A stretch of 64,000 nucleotides of DNA from Patescibacteria group bacterium (GCA_026415775.1 JAOAGL010000001.1:206233-270232), one strand, 5' to 3'; positions 48,367-57,790 are shown, counted from the stretch's first letter. Notes: generated from the sequence alone by a model not told the origin. Program-made: numbers and translations.

Positions 48367-48903
48367 ATGTTTGCCATTCTTTCACAATTATTATTTTTTT
48401 TAGGATTAGCAATAATCATTTTTTTGGTGGCGAGAAAAATACCAAAAATTACAGCGGGTTTGGATTCCGAAGAGGAGCAGCCATTAGAAGTCCAAATCGA
48501 AAATCATATTGGCAAAAGTTTTTTTAGAATTCCTTGGGATAAATTAGATGCTACTTTTGAGAAGCTGGTGGAAAAATTAATGAGACGCATTCATATTTTA
48601 ATTTTGAAACTAGAAACATTGTTGCAGAAAAAATTAGAATCATTTAAAAATAAAAAGAAAGAAAAATCCTCGTTCATTCAACAAGTAAATGGGGAGGACT
48701 TAAAAAAAGAAGAATCGGAAGTTATTGATTTAAGCAATGTTGATTTAGACAATTTAGAAAATTTAACTAATAGCGAGAATAACGTTGTAAATTATAATGA
48801 ATCGGAAAGCTTTGAAGTAGAGGAAGCAATAAATGAAGAAAAGATAGTTGAAGAAAATAATAAAAAAGTGTTAAATAGTAAAAGACGCAAAAAACAAAAT
48901 TAG
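48367..48903 (+). CDS. Hypothetical membrane-anchored acidic protein
   Basis: N-terminal TM helix followed by a low-complexity acidic/Asn-rich tail. It starts 4 nt after tsf. Confidence 0.4.
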   Translation: MFAILSQLLFFLGLAIIIFLVARKIPKITAGLDSEEEQPLEVQIENHIGKSFFRIPWDKLDATFEKLVEKLMRRIHILILKLETLLQKKLESFKNKKKEKSSFIQQVNGEDLKKEESEVIDLSNVDLDNLENLTNSENNVVNYNESESFEVEEAINEEKIVEENNKKVLNSKRRKKQN

Positions 48904-48928
48904 TTTTTTAAAAAACAAATCGAGTTGC

Positions 48929-49000
48929 GCCGATGTAGCTCAGCGGTAGAGCAACTGTTTTGTAAACAGTAGGTCGTCGGTTCGAATCCGACCATCGGCT
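48929..49000 (+). tRNA. tRNA-Thr(TGT)
   Basis: GCCGATG...CATCGGC-T. Anticodon arm ACTGT-TTTGTAA-ACAGT. T-arm GTCGGTTCGAATCCGAC. Confidence 0.85.
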
Positions 49001-49014
49001 CCGACGATCTAGAT

Positions 49015-49098
49015 GGGCGGGTGGCAGAGTGGTCAATTGCAACGGTCTGTAAAACCGTCGCCCTAGTGGCTACGCAGGTTCGAATCCTGCCCCGCCCA
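49015..49098 (+). tRNA. tRNA-Tyr(GTA), type II
   Basis: GGGCGGG...CCCGCCC-A. Anticodon arm ACGGT-CTGTAAA-ACCGT. It has a long variable arm and T-arm GCAGGTTCGAATCCTGC. Confidence 0.85.
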
Positions 49099-49149
49099 CT
49101 TAAAATACTTGCTCTTTGAATTGTTTCAATTAAAATAAGAGAAATTATT

Positions 49150-49221
49150 GCCAGAGTAGTTCAGTGGTAGAACGCATTCTTGGTAAGAATGAGGTCGAGG
49201 GTTCGATTCCCTCCTCTGGCT
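49150..49221 (+). tRNA. tRNA-Thr(GGT)
   Basis: GCCAGAG...CTCTGGC-T. Anticodon arm CATTC-TTGGTAA-GAATG. T-arm GAGGGTTCGATTCCCTC. Confidence 0.85.
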
Positions 49222-49253
49222 CTGGAAATTAAAAGTCGTCTAATATCTAGAAT

Positions 49254-49412
49254 ATGCCACAGGAAAATTTAATTAAACTTCAATGCTCGGTGTGTAAAAG
49301 GATTAATTATTACACCCGAAAAAATAAAAAAACTATTCAGAAAAAATTAGAAATAAAAAAATATTGTCCTTTTTGCGATAAAAGAACAGTACATAAAGAA
49401 GTGAAAAGATAA
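49254..49412 (+). CDS. rpmG: 50S ribosomal protein L33 (52 aa, CxxC...CxxC zinc-ribbon form), unannotated in the ORF track
   Basis: My hand translation gives [52 protein letters not shown]. It lies between tRNA-Thr and tRNA-Trp, as in the conserved rpmG/tRNA-Trp/secE neighbourhood. Confidence 0.8.
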   Translation: MPQENLIKLQCSVCKRINYYTRKNKKTIQKKLEIKKYCPFCDKRTVHKEVKR

Positions 49413-49434
49413 AAGACCTTGAAAAAGGTTTTTT

Positions 49435-49506
49435 GGGTCCGTCGGTTAATTGGCAAACCACTGGTCTCCAAAACCAGCACTGCAGGTTCGAGTCCTGCCG
49501 GACCCG
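49435..49506 (+). tRNA. tRNA-Trp(CCA)
   Basis: GGGTCCG...CGGACCC-G. Anticodon arm CTGGT-CTCCAAA-ACCAG. T-arm GCAGGTTCGAGTCCTGC. Confidence 0.85.
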
Positions 49507-49526
49507 CGGCGCTAAGAAAAAAACAT

Positions 49527-50123
49527 ATGCGTAAAAAAGATTTAATTTTGGGATTTTTGATAGGATTAATTATTTCTTTTTTAATTTGGCCAGTTTGGTT
49601 AAATTTACATATCTTGTTGAATTTCTGGTCTTATCGGTGGTTATTGATTATTATCTTGCCGATTTTAACTTTGGCAGTTGTTGTAGTCGCACATCTACTT
49701 AAAAAAATCACCAATCTTTTTTGGCAATTGGCGAAATATGGGTTGGTTGGCATTCTTAATACTTTGATTGACTTTGGCATTCTTAATTTTTTGAGTTATT
49801 TAACAAAAATTTATCAGGGCGGCTGGTTGGTGGTATTTAATTTCTTTGCTTTTTTTACTGCTAATATTAATAGTTATTTCTGGAATAAATATTGGACATT
49901 TGAATCTTCTGAAAAAGCAAAAACTCAAGAGTTTATCAAATTTTTCACTGTTAGTGTTGTCGGTTTTTTGCTTAATTCAGCCGTGCTTTTCGGGATAACT
50001 TCTATTCATCCACAGTTTAATTTAAGCGCAAGTCAGTGGGAAAATGTAGCTAAAGTTATCGGCACTTTTATTTATTTAGTTTGGAATTTTGTTGGTTATA
50101 AATTCTTTGTTTTTAAGAAATAA
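49527..50123 (+). CDS. GtrA-family polytopic membrane protein with N-terminal extra TM helices
   Basis: AKYGLVGILNTLIDFGILNFL...FWNKYWTF is the GtrA signature. The real ATG is at 49527; the track's ORF start overlaps tRNA-Trp. Confidence 0.6.
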   Translation: MRKKDLILGFLIGLIISFLIWPVWLNLHILLNFWSYRWLLIIILPILTLAVVVVAHLLKKITNLFWQLAKYGLVGILNTLIDFGILNFLSYLTKIYQGGWLVVFNFFAFFTANINSYFWNKYWTFESSEKAKTQEFIKFFTVSVVGFLLNSAVLFGITSIHPQFNLSASQWENVAKVIGTFIYLVWNFVGYKFFVFKK

Positions 50124-50163
50124 TTTGATTTTTTGCTATTTTTGTTTAATATTGTAAATAATT

Positions 50164-50517
50164 ATGAAATTTCTCTCGCGTTTAAGTTTGCAGATTTTAT
50201 TGAATCTTTTAGGGTTGTGGCTGATTATCAAGATTGTGCCAGAAGTTTCATATACAGCGGATTTTAAAATTTTATTTTTAACCGCTATTGTTTTGGGGAT
50301 TTTGAATTTTGTGTTAAGACCCATTTTAAAATTAATTCTTGCGCCGATTATTGCGTTAACTCTAGGACTTTTTACTTTGGTAATTAATGCCTTTCTTTTG
50401 TGGCTTGCCACTCAGTTGGTTGAGGGATTGGTTATACCAATTGGCTGGCCATTAATTTGGGGAACTATTATAATGTCGATAATTAATACAATTTTTCATC
50501 TTTTTGCTAAAAAATAA
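50164..50517 (+). CDS. Small 4-TM integral membrane protein, possibly holin-family-4-like
   Basis: Four hydrophobic helices. Its stop overlaps the secG start (TAATGA). I prefer it to the overlapping minus-strand ORF at 50136-50411. Confidence 0.45.
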   Translation: MKFLSRLSLQILLNLLGLWLIIKIVPEVSYTADFKILFLTAIVLGILNFVLRPILKLILAPIIALTLGLFTLVINAFLLWLATQLVEGLVIPIGWPLIWGTIIMSIINTIFHLFAKK

Positions 50518-50741
50518 TGAGTACAACTATTATAACCATTGCTCAAATTATTGTTTCCATTTTATTAATTGGCATCATTATTATCCAACAGCGTGGCACG
50601 GGATTGGGTGGTATTTTTGGTGGCGGTAGCACAGAATTTTATCAGCAACGCCGAGGGTTGGAAAAGAAAATTTTTTATTTTACTATTTTTTTGGCAGCGC
50701 TTTTCTTTGTGTTAAATTTGATGGCTTTGTTACGAGCTTAA
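50517..50741 (+). CDS. secG: Preprotein translocase subunit SecG
   Basis: IIQQRGTGLGGIFGGGSTEFYQQRRGLEK flanked by two TM helices. Confidence 0.8.
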   Translation: MSTTIITIAQIIVSILLIGIIIIQQRGTGLGGIFGGGSTEFYQQRRGLEKKIFYFTIFLAALFFVLNLMALLRA

Positions 50742-50744
50742 TTT

Positions 50745-52472
50745 ATGAAATTTAAATATTTCTTCAAAAAAGAATTTTGGCAAAATTTTTGGCATTTGCT
50801 TTCAAAGACCGAACGCTTAATTTTTTGGGCAGCAGTATCAATAATCGGAATTTCTATTATTAGTTATAGCGTTTATTGGTATTTTACTTCAACCACGATT
50901 ATTCCTAAAGAAGGAGGCACTTTAAGAGAAGGTTATGTTGGTCAGCCGACGAGTTTAAATCCGATTTTTGCCGCCAACGAAATTGATCAAAGTTTATGTG
51001 CATTGGTTTATAGTGGTTTGCTAAAAAGCGATGGAAAGGGTGGGGTAATGCCTGATTTGGCTGATTCATATGAAAAAAGCGAAGATGGTCGTCATTGGGT
51101 AGTGAGATTGCGCAAAGATATTTTTTGGCATGATGGCGTGCCATTTACGGCTGATGATGTTGTTTTTACAATTTCGGCTATTCAAAATTCAGAAACTAAT
51201 AGCCCTTATCGTCTAGCTTGGCAAGGAGTGACCGTTACTAAAATCAGCGACTATACCTTAACTTTTGACTTAAAAAATTCTTATGCTTTTTTTGAAGAGA
51301 ATTTGAAGCAAAAGATTATACCTAAACATATTTTTGGAGACATCCCATTGGCTAATATTAAAAGTTTATCCCAATACAATTTTGAACCCATTGGCACCGG
51401 TCCTTTTGTGTACCAAAAATTTGATGCTGATAAAAAGGGTTATATTAATTATTATGTTTTTGTTGCCAACTCGCGATATTATAATGGACGGCCTTATATC
51501 AATAACTATATCGTTAAATTCTATAAAAGTGAAAGCGAATTATTAAAAGCTTTTGAATATCATCAAATTGATTTAGTCAATAATATTTCCCCTAATAATT
51601 TAAGAAATATCAATCGTTCATACACTCTTTATACTTATACCCTTCCTCAATATTTTGCAGTTTTTTTTAATGGCAATATATCAAAAGTTTTAGCTGATAA
51701 AAATGTTCGTTATGCCCTAAATTATGCCACCAATCGTTCTGAAATTATCGAAAAAGTTTTTAATCAATTAGCTGATTCAACAGAAGGACCGCTTTTGGGA
51801 TGGATGAAGGGGTATGAAGCTAATTTAAACTACGATTATTCAATAGACAGAGCCAAAGAAATTCTAATGTCTGGTGGTTGGAGTGATAATGATGGCGATG
51901 GTGTTTTGGAAAAAACTTTAAATAAAGGTGAAAACCCGACACCATTAAAATTTATTTTGACAGTTCCCTCGGCAAATTTTTTGATAGAAACAGCATCGTT
52001 GCTTAAAAAACAATGGCAACAAATTGGCGTTGAAGTTGAAATCCAAATTATTGATTCAAAAGAATTACAAGAGAATTATTTAATGACTCGTTTGTATGAT
52101 GCGTTAATTTATGGAAATATCATTAATCAAGATCCCGATTTATTTCCATTTTGGCATTCATCTCAGAAGTTTTATCCAGGTTTGAACCTTGCTCTGTACG
52201 AAAATCAGGCGGTTGATAAAATTTTGGAAGAAATTAGAATGGGCAATAACCAAGAAGTTAAAAGTAAAAATTTAGCCAAAGTATACTCATTGATTTTGTC
52301 TGATGCTCCAGCGGTGTTTCTTTATAACCCAAAAATTTTATTAGTTACAACTCCCGCATTAAAAATAGAAAATTTAAAACGAGTTAATATTTCGGCTGAG
52401 CGCTATTTTAATGTTTATCAGTGGCATTTAAAAACGAAAAGAGTTTTAATCAAATCCCTTAATCAAAATTAA
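50745..52472 (+). CDS. ABC transporter substrate-binding protein, family 5 (oligopeptide/dipeptide-type), membrane-anchored
   Basis: N-terminal TM helix. ...GTLREGYVGQPTSLNPIFA...WHDGVPFTADDVVFT follows the SBP_bac_5 pattern. Confidence 0.8.
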   Translation: MKFKYFFKKEFWQNFWHLLSKTERLIFWAAVSIIGISIISYSVYWYFTSTTIIPKEGGTLREGYVGQPTSLNPIFAANEIDQSLCALVYSGLLKSDGKGGVMPDLADSYEKSEDGRHWVVRLRKDIFWHDGVPFTADDVVFTISAIQNSETNSPYRLAWQGVTVTKISDYTLTFDLKNSYAFFEENLKQKIIPKHIFGDIPLANIKSLSQYNFEPIGTGPFVYQKFDADKKGYINYYVFVANSRYYNGRPYINNYIVKFYKSESELLKAFEYHQIDLVNNISPNNLRNINRSYTLYTYTLPQYFAVFFNGNISKVLADKNVRYALNYATNRSEIIEKVFNQLADSTEGPLLGWMKGYEANLNYDYSIDRAKEILMSGGWSDNDGDGVLEKTLNKGENPTPLKFILTVPSANFLIETASLLKKQWQQIGVEVEIQIIDSKELQENYLMTRLYDALIYGNIINQDPDLFPFWHSSQKFYPGLNLALYENQAVDKILEEIRMGNNQEVKSKNLAKVYSLILSDAPAVFLYNPKILLVTTPALKIENLKRVNISAERYFNVYQWHLKTKRVLIKSLNQN

Positions 52473-52474
52473 AT

Positions 52475-53107
52475 ATGAATCATAAAACAACCCAAGATTT
52501 AAAAGAAGTTTTATTTAGAAAGGATTTAAAAAGCAAAAAACAGATAGTTTATAGAGTAATAAGAAATAAAAAAAGAAAAGGTAATTTGCGGTATGATATA
52601 ACCATTCTTTATCCAACAATGCTGGGTGAAGAATTTCCGAAAACCTATGGTCATTACCATAAATTTAATGAGCCTGAATTATACGAGATTTTAAACGGAG
52701 AAGCCATTTTTCTTTTTCAAAAACCCGAGGGGAATTCTTTAAAAATTAAAGAGGTCTATGCGGTTTTAGCTCAAAAGGGAGATAAGGTAGTTGCTCTACC
52801 TGGTTTTGGAATGGTAATGATTAATCCTTTGAATAAAAAACTGGAAGTGGGGAATTGGATAAAAGACGGAGTGGAAAATATTTATGATGATTACCGAAAA
52901 GCAAGGGGTGCGGTTTATTATTGTTTAAAAGGTGAAAAAAATTGTTTGCGTTTTATTCCTAACAAAAATTATAAAAAAGCACCAATATTAGAATTTTTAT
53001 TGCCAAAAACATTGCCTCAAAAGCTGAAAAATTTAAAATTTCTCACTGATTATAAAAAATATAAAAAAGACCTAACGGTTAAAAATCTATATTTAAAAAT
53101 TGAATAA
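52475..53107 (+). CDS. Cupin-type (archaeal-like) glucose-6-phosphate isomerase candidate
   Basis: TYGHYHKFNEPELYEIL matches the cupin-PGI metal motif TxGHxHx(6-7)ExY, and there is a downstream His (...VVALPGFGMVMINP...). Confidence 0.6.
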   Translation: MNHKTTQDLKEVLFRKDLKSKKQIVYRVIRNKKRKGNLRYDITILYPTMLGEEFPKTYGHYHKFNEPELYEILNGEAIFLFQKPEGNSLKIKEVYAVLAQKGDKVVALPGFGMVMINPLNKKLEVGNWIKDGVENIYDDYRKARGAVYYCLKGEKNCLRFIPNKNYKKAPILEFLLPKTLPQKLKNLKFLTDYKKYKKDLTVKNLYLKIE

Positions 53108-53112
53108 AAATC

Positions 53113-53198
53113 GCCGCGGTGGCGGAATTTGGCAGACGCGCACGGTTCAGGGCCGTGTCCCATTTTGTGGGGTGTGGGTTCAAATCCCACCCGCGGCA
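53113..53198 (+). tRNA. tRNA-Leu(CAG), type II
   Basis: GCCGCGG...CCGCGGC-A. Anticodon arm CACGG-TTCAGGG-CCGTG. It has a long variable arm and T-arm GTGGGTTCAAATCCCAC. Confidence 0.85.
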
Positions 53199-53284
53199 CC
53201 CGGTCGTTCTTAAATAAATTAACCTTTTTTATTAAATTTTTAGTCGATTTAAATTTTTATCGTTTTTAAATAAAACGAAAAAAT

Positions 53285-54997
53285 ATGATGCAGCATAGAA
53301 AAGCAAAAAAAGAAATAAAGGATTCTCATGAAAAGATAAAAATTTGTATTTTGGGTGGCGTTGGTGAAGTCGGACGCAACCTTTCATTTATTGAATACAA
53401 AAATCAAATATTGGTTTTTGATTGCGGATTGAGATTTCCAGAAGAGGATATGCCGGGCGTTGATTTTATTATTCCCAATGTCGATTATTTAGAGAAAAAT
53501 CGTAAAAAAATATTAGGAATTTTTATTACACACGCTCATTATGATCACATTGGCGCTATTCCTTATATCGCTGAAAAATTGGGTTCTCCAACTATTTATA
53601 CAGCTCCTTTAACCAAGGCGATTATTCTTAAAAGACAAGCAGACTTTCCGTATCAAAAAGAACTGGATGTTGAGGCGATTGATATTGAAAAATTAGAGCC
53701 AATCTCTCTGGGTGTTTTTAAAATTCATCCTTATCTTGTTAATCACAATGTACCTGATACGTTAGGATTTGCCACAGAAACTCCCTTAGGAACAATTTTT
53801 TATATGCCAGATTTTAAAATTGATTTTAGTCCAATTATTGATAAGCCGATTGATTTGGGTCGAATTAGTCGTTTAGCCTCAAAAACACCGCTGGTTTTAA
53901 TGGCGGATTCAACTGGTGCCGAAGAACCTGGTCATTCAATTTCCGAAAAAGCAATTTATGATGATTTAGAAAGAATTTTTGAAAAGGCATCTGGAAGAAT
54001 TATTGCTGCAACTTTTGCCTCTCTTATTAGTCGTTTACAACAATTGATTTGGTTGTCAGAAAAATTTAATCGTCGTGTAGTAATTGATGGTTATAGTATG
54101 AAAAGCAATGTAGAAATTGCACGAATGATGGGTTATTTAAAAATTAATAAAAATACTTTAATTTCTCCTCAGGAGGCGCAGGGATTGCTTTCGCGACAAT
54201 TGACAATTTTATGCACGGGTTCTCAAGGCGAGGACAAGGCGGTTTTAATGAGAATTGCCAACCGCGAACATAAATTTTTCAAAGTGGAAAAAGGAGATAC
54301 AGTCATTTTTTCTTCATCGGTTGTTCCTGGCAATGAAAGAACAGTTCAAAATCTAAAAGATAGTTTTTATCGTCAAGGCGCTAGAGTGTTTCATTATAAA
54401 ATGATGGATATTCATGCTGGTGGTCATGCCCAGCAAGAGGAACTAAAACTGATGATTAATCTAATTCGTCCGAAATTTTTAATTCCAATTCATGGTCAGT
54501 ATTCAATGCTTCAGGCTCATGCTGATTTGGCTGAGCAATTAGGGATGCCAAAACAAAATATTGTAATTGCTAATAATGGTCAGATTATTGAAGTTGGTAA
54601 AGAACAGATTATGCCAACCCAATATGAAGTGCCGGCTAATTATGTGATGGTTGATGGATTGGGCGTTGGAGATGTTGGAGAGATTGTTTTAAGAGATCGC
54701 AATCAATTAGCTCAAGATGGAATGCTGGTTATTGTGGCAGTTATTGATGGTGAAAAGGGAGAATTAAGAGGCGAACCGGAAATTTCTTCTCGTGGATTTG
54801 TTTATCTTAAAAATTCTCAAGAATTAATGGAAAAAACGAAGTATATTATTAAAGATGTTATCGAAAAAACAATTTCAAAAGACCATACAACTAATTGGGC
54901 TTATGTAAAAGATAATTTGCGTGATAAAGTAGGCGAGTTTCTTTTTAAAGAAACGCAGCGCCGCCCGATGGTTTTACCGTTTATTGTTGAAGTTTAA
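53285..54997 (+). CDS. rnj: Ribonuclease J (metallo-beta-lactamase / beta-CASP)
   Basis: ICILGGVGEVGRNLSFIEYKNQILVFDCG...ILGIFITHAHYDHIGAIPY. Confidence 0.9.
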   Translation: MMQHRKAKKEIKDSHEKIKICILGGVGEVGRNLSFIEYKNQILVFDCGLRFPEEDMPGVDFIIPNVDYLEKNRKKILGIFITHAHYDHIGAIPYIAEKLGSPTIYTAPLTKAIILKRQADFPYQKELDVEAIDIEKLEPISLGVFKIHPYLVNHNVPDTLGFATETPLGTIFYMPDFKIDFSPIIDKPIDLGRISRLASKTPLVLMADSTGAEEPGHSISEKAIYDDLERIFEKASGRIIAATFASLISRLQQLIWLSEKFNRRVVIDGYSMKSNVEIARMMGYLKINKNTLISPQEAQGLLSRQLTILCTGSQGEDKAVLMRIANREHKFFKVEKGDTVIFSSSVVPGNERTVQNLKDSFYRQGARVFHYKMMDIHAGGHAQQEELKLMINLIRPKFLIPIHGQYSMLQAHADLAEQLGMPKQNIVIANNGQIIEVGKEQIMPTQYEVPANYVMVDGLGVGDVGEIVLRDRNQLAQDGMLVIVAVIDGEKGELRGEPEISSRGFVYLKNSQELMEKTKYIIKDVIEKTISKDHTTNWAYVKDNLRDKVGEFLFKETQRRPMVLPFIVEV

Positions 54998-55718
54998 TTT
55001 TTTCGGCTACTATATACAAATCTTTTTCCTTTGTATCAGAACGCAAGATATTGCCCGCTTCAATAATTTTAAAACCATTTTGGAAAAATAATTTTTTTAA
55101 TTCTCTGAGAGAAAAGCGATGAATAAAACGATTACATAGATTAGACCACGGAATAAAAACATCCCCGCGTTCTAACGGTAAATTTTTGAACCATCGTTGA
55201 AACGCTGATTTAAAAATATATTTAATTCTTTCGAATTTACCCGAAAAAAGAAGGTGTATCAGATTAAGATTCCACACGGTTAAAATAATTATGCCGTTTT
55301 CTTTTAAGGTTCGGTGAGCTTCTTTGATAAATTTTTGGTGGTAATTTTTTGAGGGAATGTGATGCAGTGTATCTAAACAAACAATATAATCAAAAAAATT
55401 ATTTTCAAAGGGGAGAGATAAAAAAGATTGATTGGCAATAAACTTCGCGTGCGGATACTTATTTTTAGCAATTTTGATTAATTCTTCAGAGATATCAATG
55501 CCATAATAATCAGATTGTTCGAATAGAGAATAATAACGGCCATGACCGCATCCCCAGTCTAAAATTTTTGTTTGTGGTTGAAGATGGCAATATTTCAAAA
55601 TCAAATTTTTCACTACGGCAGGAGGGGTAAAAGAGCGTTTATTTGCAAAATCAGAAGCGATTAAGTTATAATTTTCTTTGGTCTTTTGGAGTAAAAAATT
55701 AGCAAAATCTTCATTCAT
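54981..55718 (-). CDS. Class I SAM-dependent methyltransferase (Methyltransf_11), Trm9/AlkB8-like
   Basis: ILDWGCGHGRY is motif I. CLDTLHHIPSKNYHQKFIKEAHRTLKENGIIILTVWN parallels the Trm9 block containing the conserved HH. Confidence 0.7.
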   Translation of the reverse strand: MNEDFANFLLQKTKENYNLIASDFANKRSFTPPAVVKNLILKYCHLQPQTKILDWGCGHGRYYSLFEQSDYYGIDISEELIKIAKNKYPHAKFIANQSFLSLPFENNFFDYIVCLDTLHHIPSKNYHQKFIKEAHRTLKENGIIILTVWNLNLIHLLFSGKFERIKYIFKSAFQRWFKNLPLERGDVFIPWSNLCNRFIHRFSLRELKKLFFQNGFKIIEAGNILRSDTKEKDLYIVAEKIKLQQ

Positions 55719-57303
55719 GGAAATAGCAAAACAAATTATTATTGAGGCGACAAAAAATAAAATAAAAACAAAAAAAGAGTTAGAAGATTTAAAAAGATTA
55801 ATGGCGGAAAAATTTAAAAAACCGCTGATTTCTCAAGTTGAGCTATTAAAAGATTATCATAAATTATTAAAAAATAAAAGAATAAAAAAACAGCCAGCAT
55901 TAGAAAAAATTTTAATGACTCGGCCGATGCGTTCTTTGTCTGGTATTGTTAATATTACTGTTTTAACGAAACCATTTGGTTGTCCAGGGCAATGTATTTT
56001 TTGTCCTTTTGAAAAAGGATTTCCAAAGAGTTATTTAAAGGGCGAACCAGCCGCTGACCGCGCTTATGACTTAAAATTTGACCCTTATTGGCAGGTGACT
56101 AAAAGGTTAGAAATGCTTACAGAACAAGGACATCCTGTTGATAAAATTGAATTGCGAATTGTAGGCGGTAGCTGGTCTTTTTATCCTAAATATTATCAGC
56201 AATGGTTTATTAAAAGATGTTTTGAGGCGGCTAATAATTTTAATACAAAGCAAAAAAGAAAAAATTTAAAACTAGAGGAGATATTTAAAATTAATGAAAA
56301 ATCAAAAGCGCGAATAGTTGGAGTTTCAATTGAGACGCGTCCAGATTTGATTAATGAAAAAGAAATTCAGCGATTAAGAAAATTGGGTATAACAATGGTA
56401 GAATTGGGCGTACAAACTGTTTTTGATGATATTCATAAATTAAATAAAACCGGGCTTGATGTAAAAATTATTGAAAAAGCAACCTTTTTATTAAAAGAAG
56501 GTGGATTTAAAGTGCTTTATCATTTAATGCCAAATTTATATGGCTCTGATTTTCAGAAAGATTTAAAAATGTTTGAAACTGTTTTTAATGATGAACGTTT
56601 TAAGCCGGATTGGTTAAAAATTTATCCGACAGTTGTTTTAGAAAATACACATCTTTATAATTTGTGGCGTCAAAATAAATATCAGCCATATTCTGATAAA
56701 AAATTAAAAGATTTATTAATCAAAGCTAAAACAGAAATGCCCTATTGGGTAAGAATTGCTCGAATTATTCGAGATATTCCAGCGCAGAAAATTGTTGCAG
56801 GAACAAAATTGTCAAATTTAAGAGAGATTATTCAAAAAGAAATGAAGATGAAAGGTTTAGAATGCCATTGTATTCGTTGTCGGGAGGTCAAAGAAAATTA
56901 TGACCCAAAGGAAAGAATTTATTTATTCAGAGAAGATTATGATGCATCGGGAGGCAAAGAGGTTTTTTTGAGCTTCGAAAACAAATCAAGAACTAAAATT
57001 TTTAGTTTATTACGTTTAAGAAAACCAGTTTTTTCAACTCCCCCTATTTTTCCTGCGCTAAAAGATGCAGCTTTGTTACGTGAAATAAAAACCTATGGAG
57101 AATTGGTGCCGCTTTCTGAAAAGAAATTGGCTCCACAGCATCGGGGGTTGGGGAAAAAACTTATACAGGAGGCAGAGTGCATTGTTAAAAAAGAATTTAA
57201 ATTAAAAAAATTAGCCGTTATTGCAGGCGTTGGAGTTCGTGGATATTTTAAAAAATTAGGATATCGCTTAGAAGACACTTACATGGTAAAAAAATTAAAT
57301 TAG
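55717..57303 (+). CDS. elp3: Elp3-like radical SAM / GNAT tRNA wobble-uridine carboxymethyl (cm5U) synthase
   Basis: The rSAM cluster is FGCPGQCIFCP, with IVGGSW and ELGVQTVFDDI. The C-terminal GNAT domain contains QHRGLGKKLIQEAE. ATG 55717 overlaps, in the divergent orientation, the start codon of the methyltransferase; the TTG at 55678 is a less likely start. Confidence 0.85.
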   Translation: MEIAKQIIIEATKNKIKTKKELEDLKRLMAEKFKKPLISQVELLKDYHKLLKNKRIKKQPALEKILMTRPMRSLSGIVNITVLTKPFGCPGQCIFCPFEKGFPKSYLKGEPAADRAYDLKFDPYWQVTKRLEMLTEQGHPVDKIELRIVGGSWSFYPKYYQQWFIKRCFEAANNFNTKQKRKNLKLEEIFKINEKSKARIVGVSIETRPDLINEKEIQRLRKLGITMVELGVQTVFDDIHKLNKTGLDVKIIEKATFLLKEGGFKVLYHLMPNLYGSDFQKDLKMFETVFNDERFKPDWLKIYPTVVLENTHLYNLWRQNKYQPYSDKKLKDLLIKAKTEMPYWVRIARIIRDIPAQKIVAGTKLSNLREIIQKEMKMKGLECHCIRCREVKENYDPKERIYLFREDYDASGGKEVFLSFENKSRTKIFSLLRLRKPVFSTPPIFPALKDAALLREIKTYGELVPLSEKKLAPQHRGLGKKLIQEAECIVKKEFKLKKLAVIAGVGVRGYFKKLGYRLEDTYMVKKLN

Positions 57304-57361
57304 GAGACAATTTAAAAATAAGCTATAATTGTTAAAGGTCGATTAAGTGTATTAAATATTT

Positions 57362-57760
57362 ATGAAGGGATTTTACATAAATATAGAGAAAGAAACTTTG
57401 GAAAATAATAATTTTCGTAAAGTTCTTTATACAGGAAGAAATAGTCAGTTGGTTTTGATGAGTTTAAAGCCAAAAGAAGAAATTGGAATGGAAATTCATA
57501 CAGACAATGATCAATTTTTCCGTTTTGAAAAAGGAGAAGGGAGGGTAATTATTGATGGTAATGAGTATTTAGTAAAAGATGGTGATGCTATTGTTGTTCC
57601 AGCAGGTGCTGAGCATAATGTCATTAATATTTCAGAAACAGAAGAACTGAAGCTTTATACAATTTATTCACCACCTCATCATAAAGATGGAATTGTGAGA
57701 ATTACTAAAGAAGAAGCTGAGGCTAATGAAGCGCCATTTGATGGGAAAACAACTGAGTAA
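57362..57760 (+). CDS. Cupin-2 domain protein
   Basis: GDAIVVPAGAEHNVINISETEELKLYTIY. Confidence 0.6.
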   Translation: MKGFYINIEKETLENNNFRKVLYTGRNSQLVLMSLKPKEEIGMEIHTDNDQFFRFEKGEGRVIIDGNEYLVKDGDAIVVPAGAEHNVINISETEELKLYTIYSPPHHKDGIVRITKEEAEANEAPFDGKTTE

Positions 57761-57764
57761 AATC

Positions 57765-57790
57765 AAAAAGCCACCATTAGGTGGCTTTTT
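57765..57790. terminator. Bidirectional terminator between the cupin gene and uvrC
   Basis: aaaaaGCCACC-atta-GGTGGCttttt. Confidence 0.7.

Noticed and set aside
50136-50411. 91-aa minus-strand ORF
   Set aside because: It competes with the plus-strand 4-TM membrane protein at 50164-50517, which is translationally coupled to secG and fits the operon direction.
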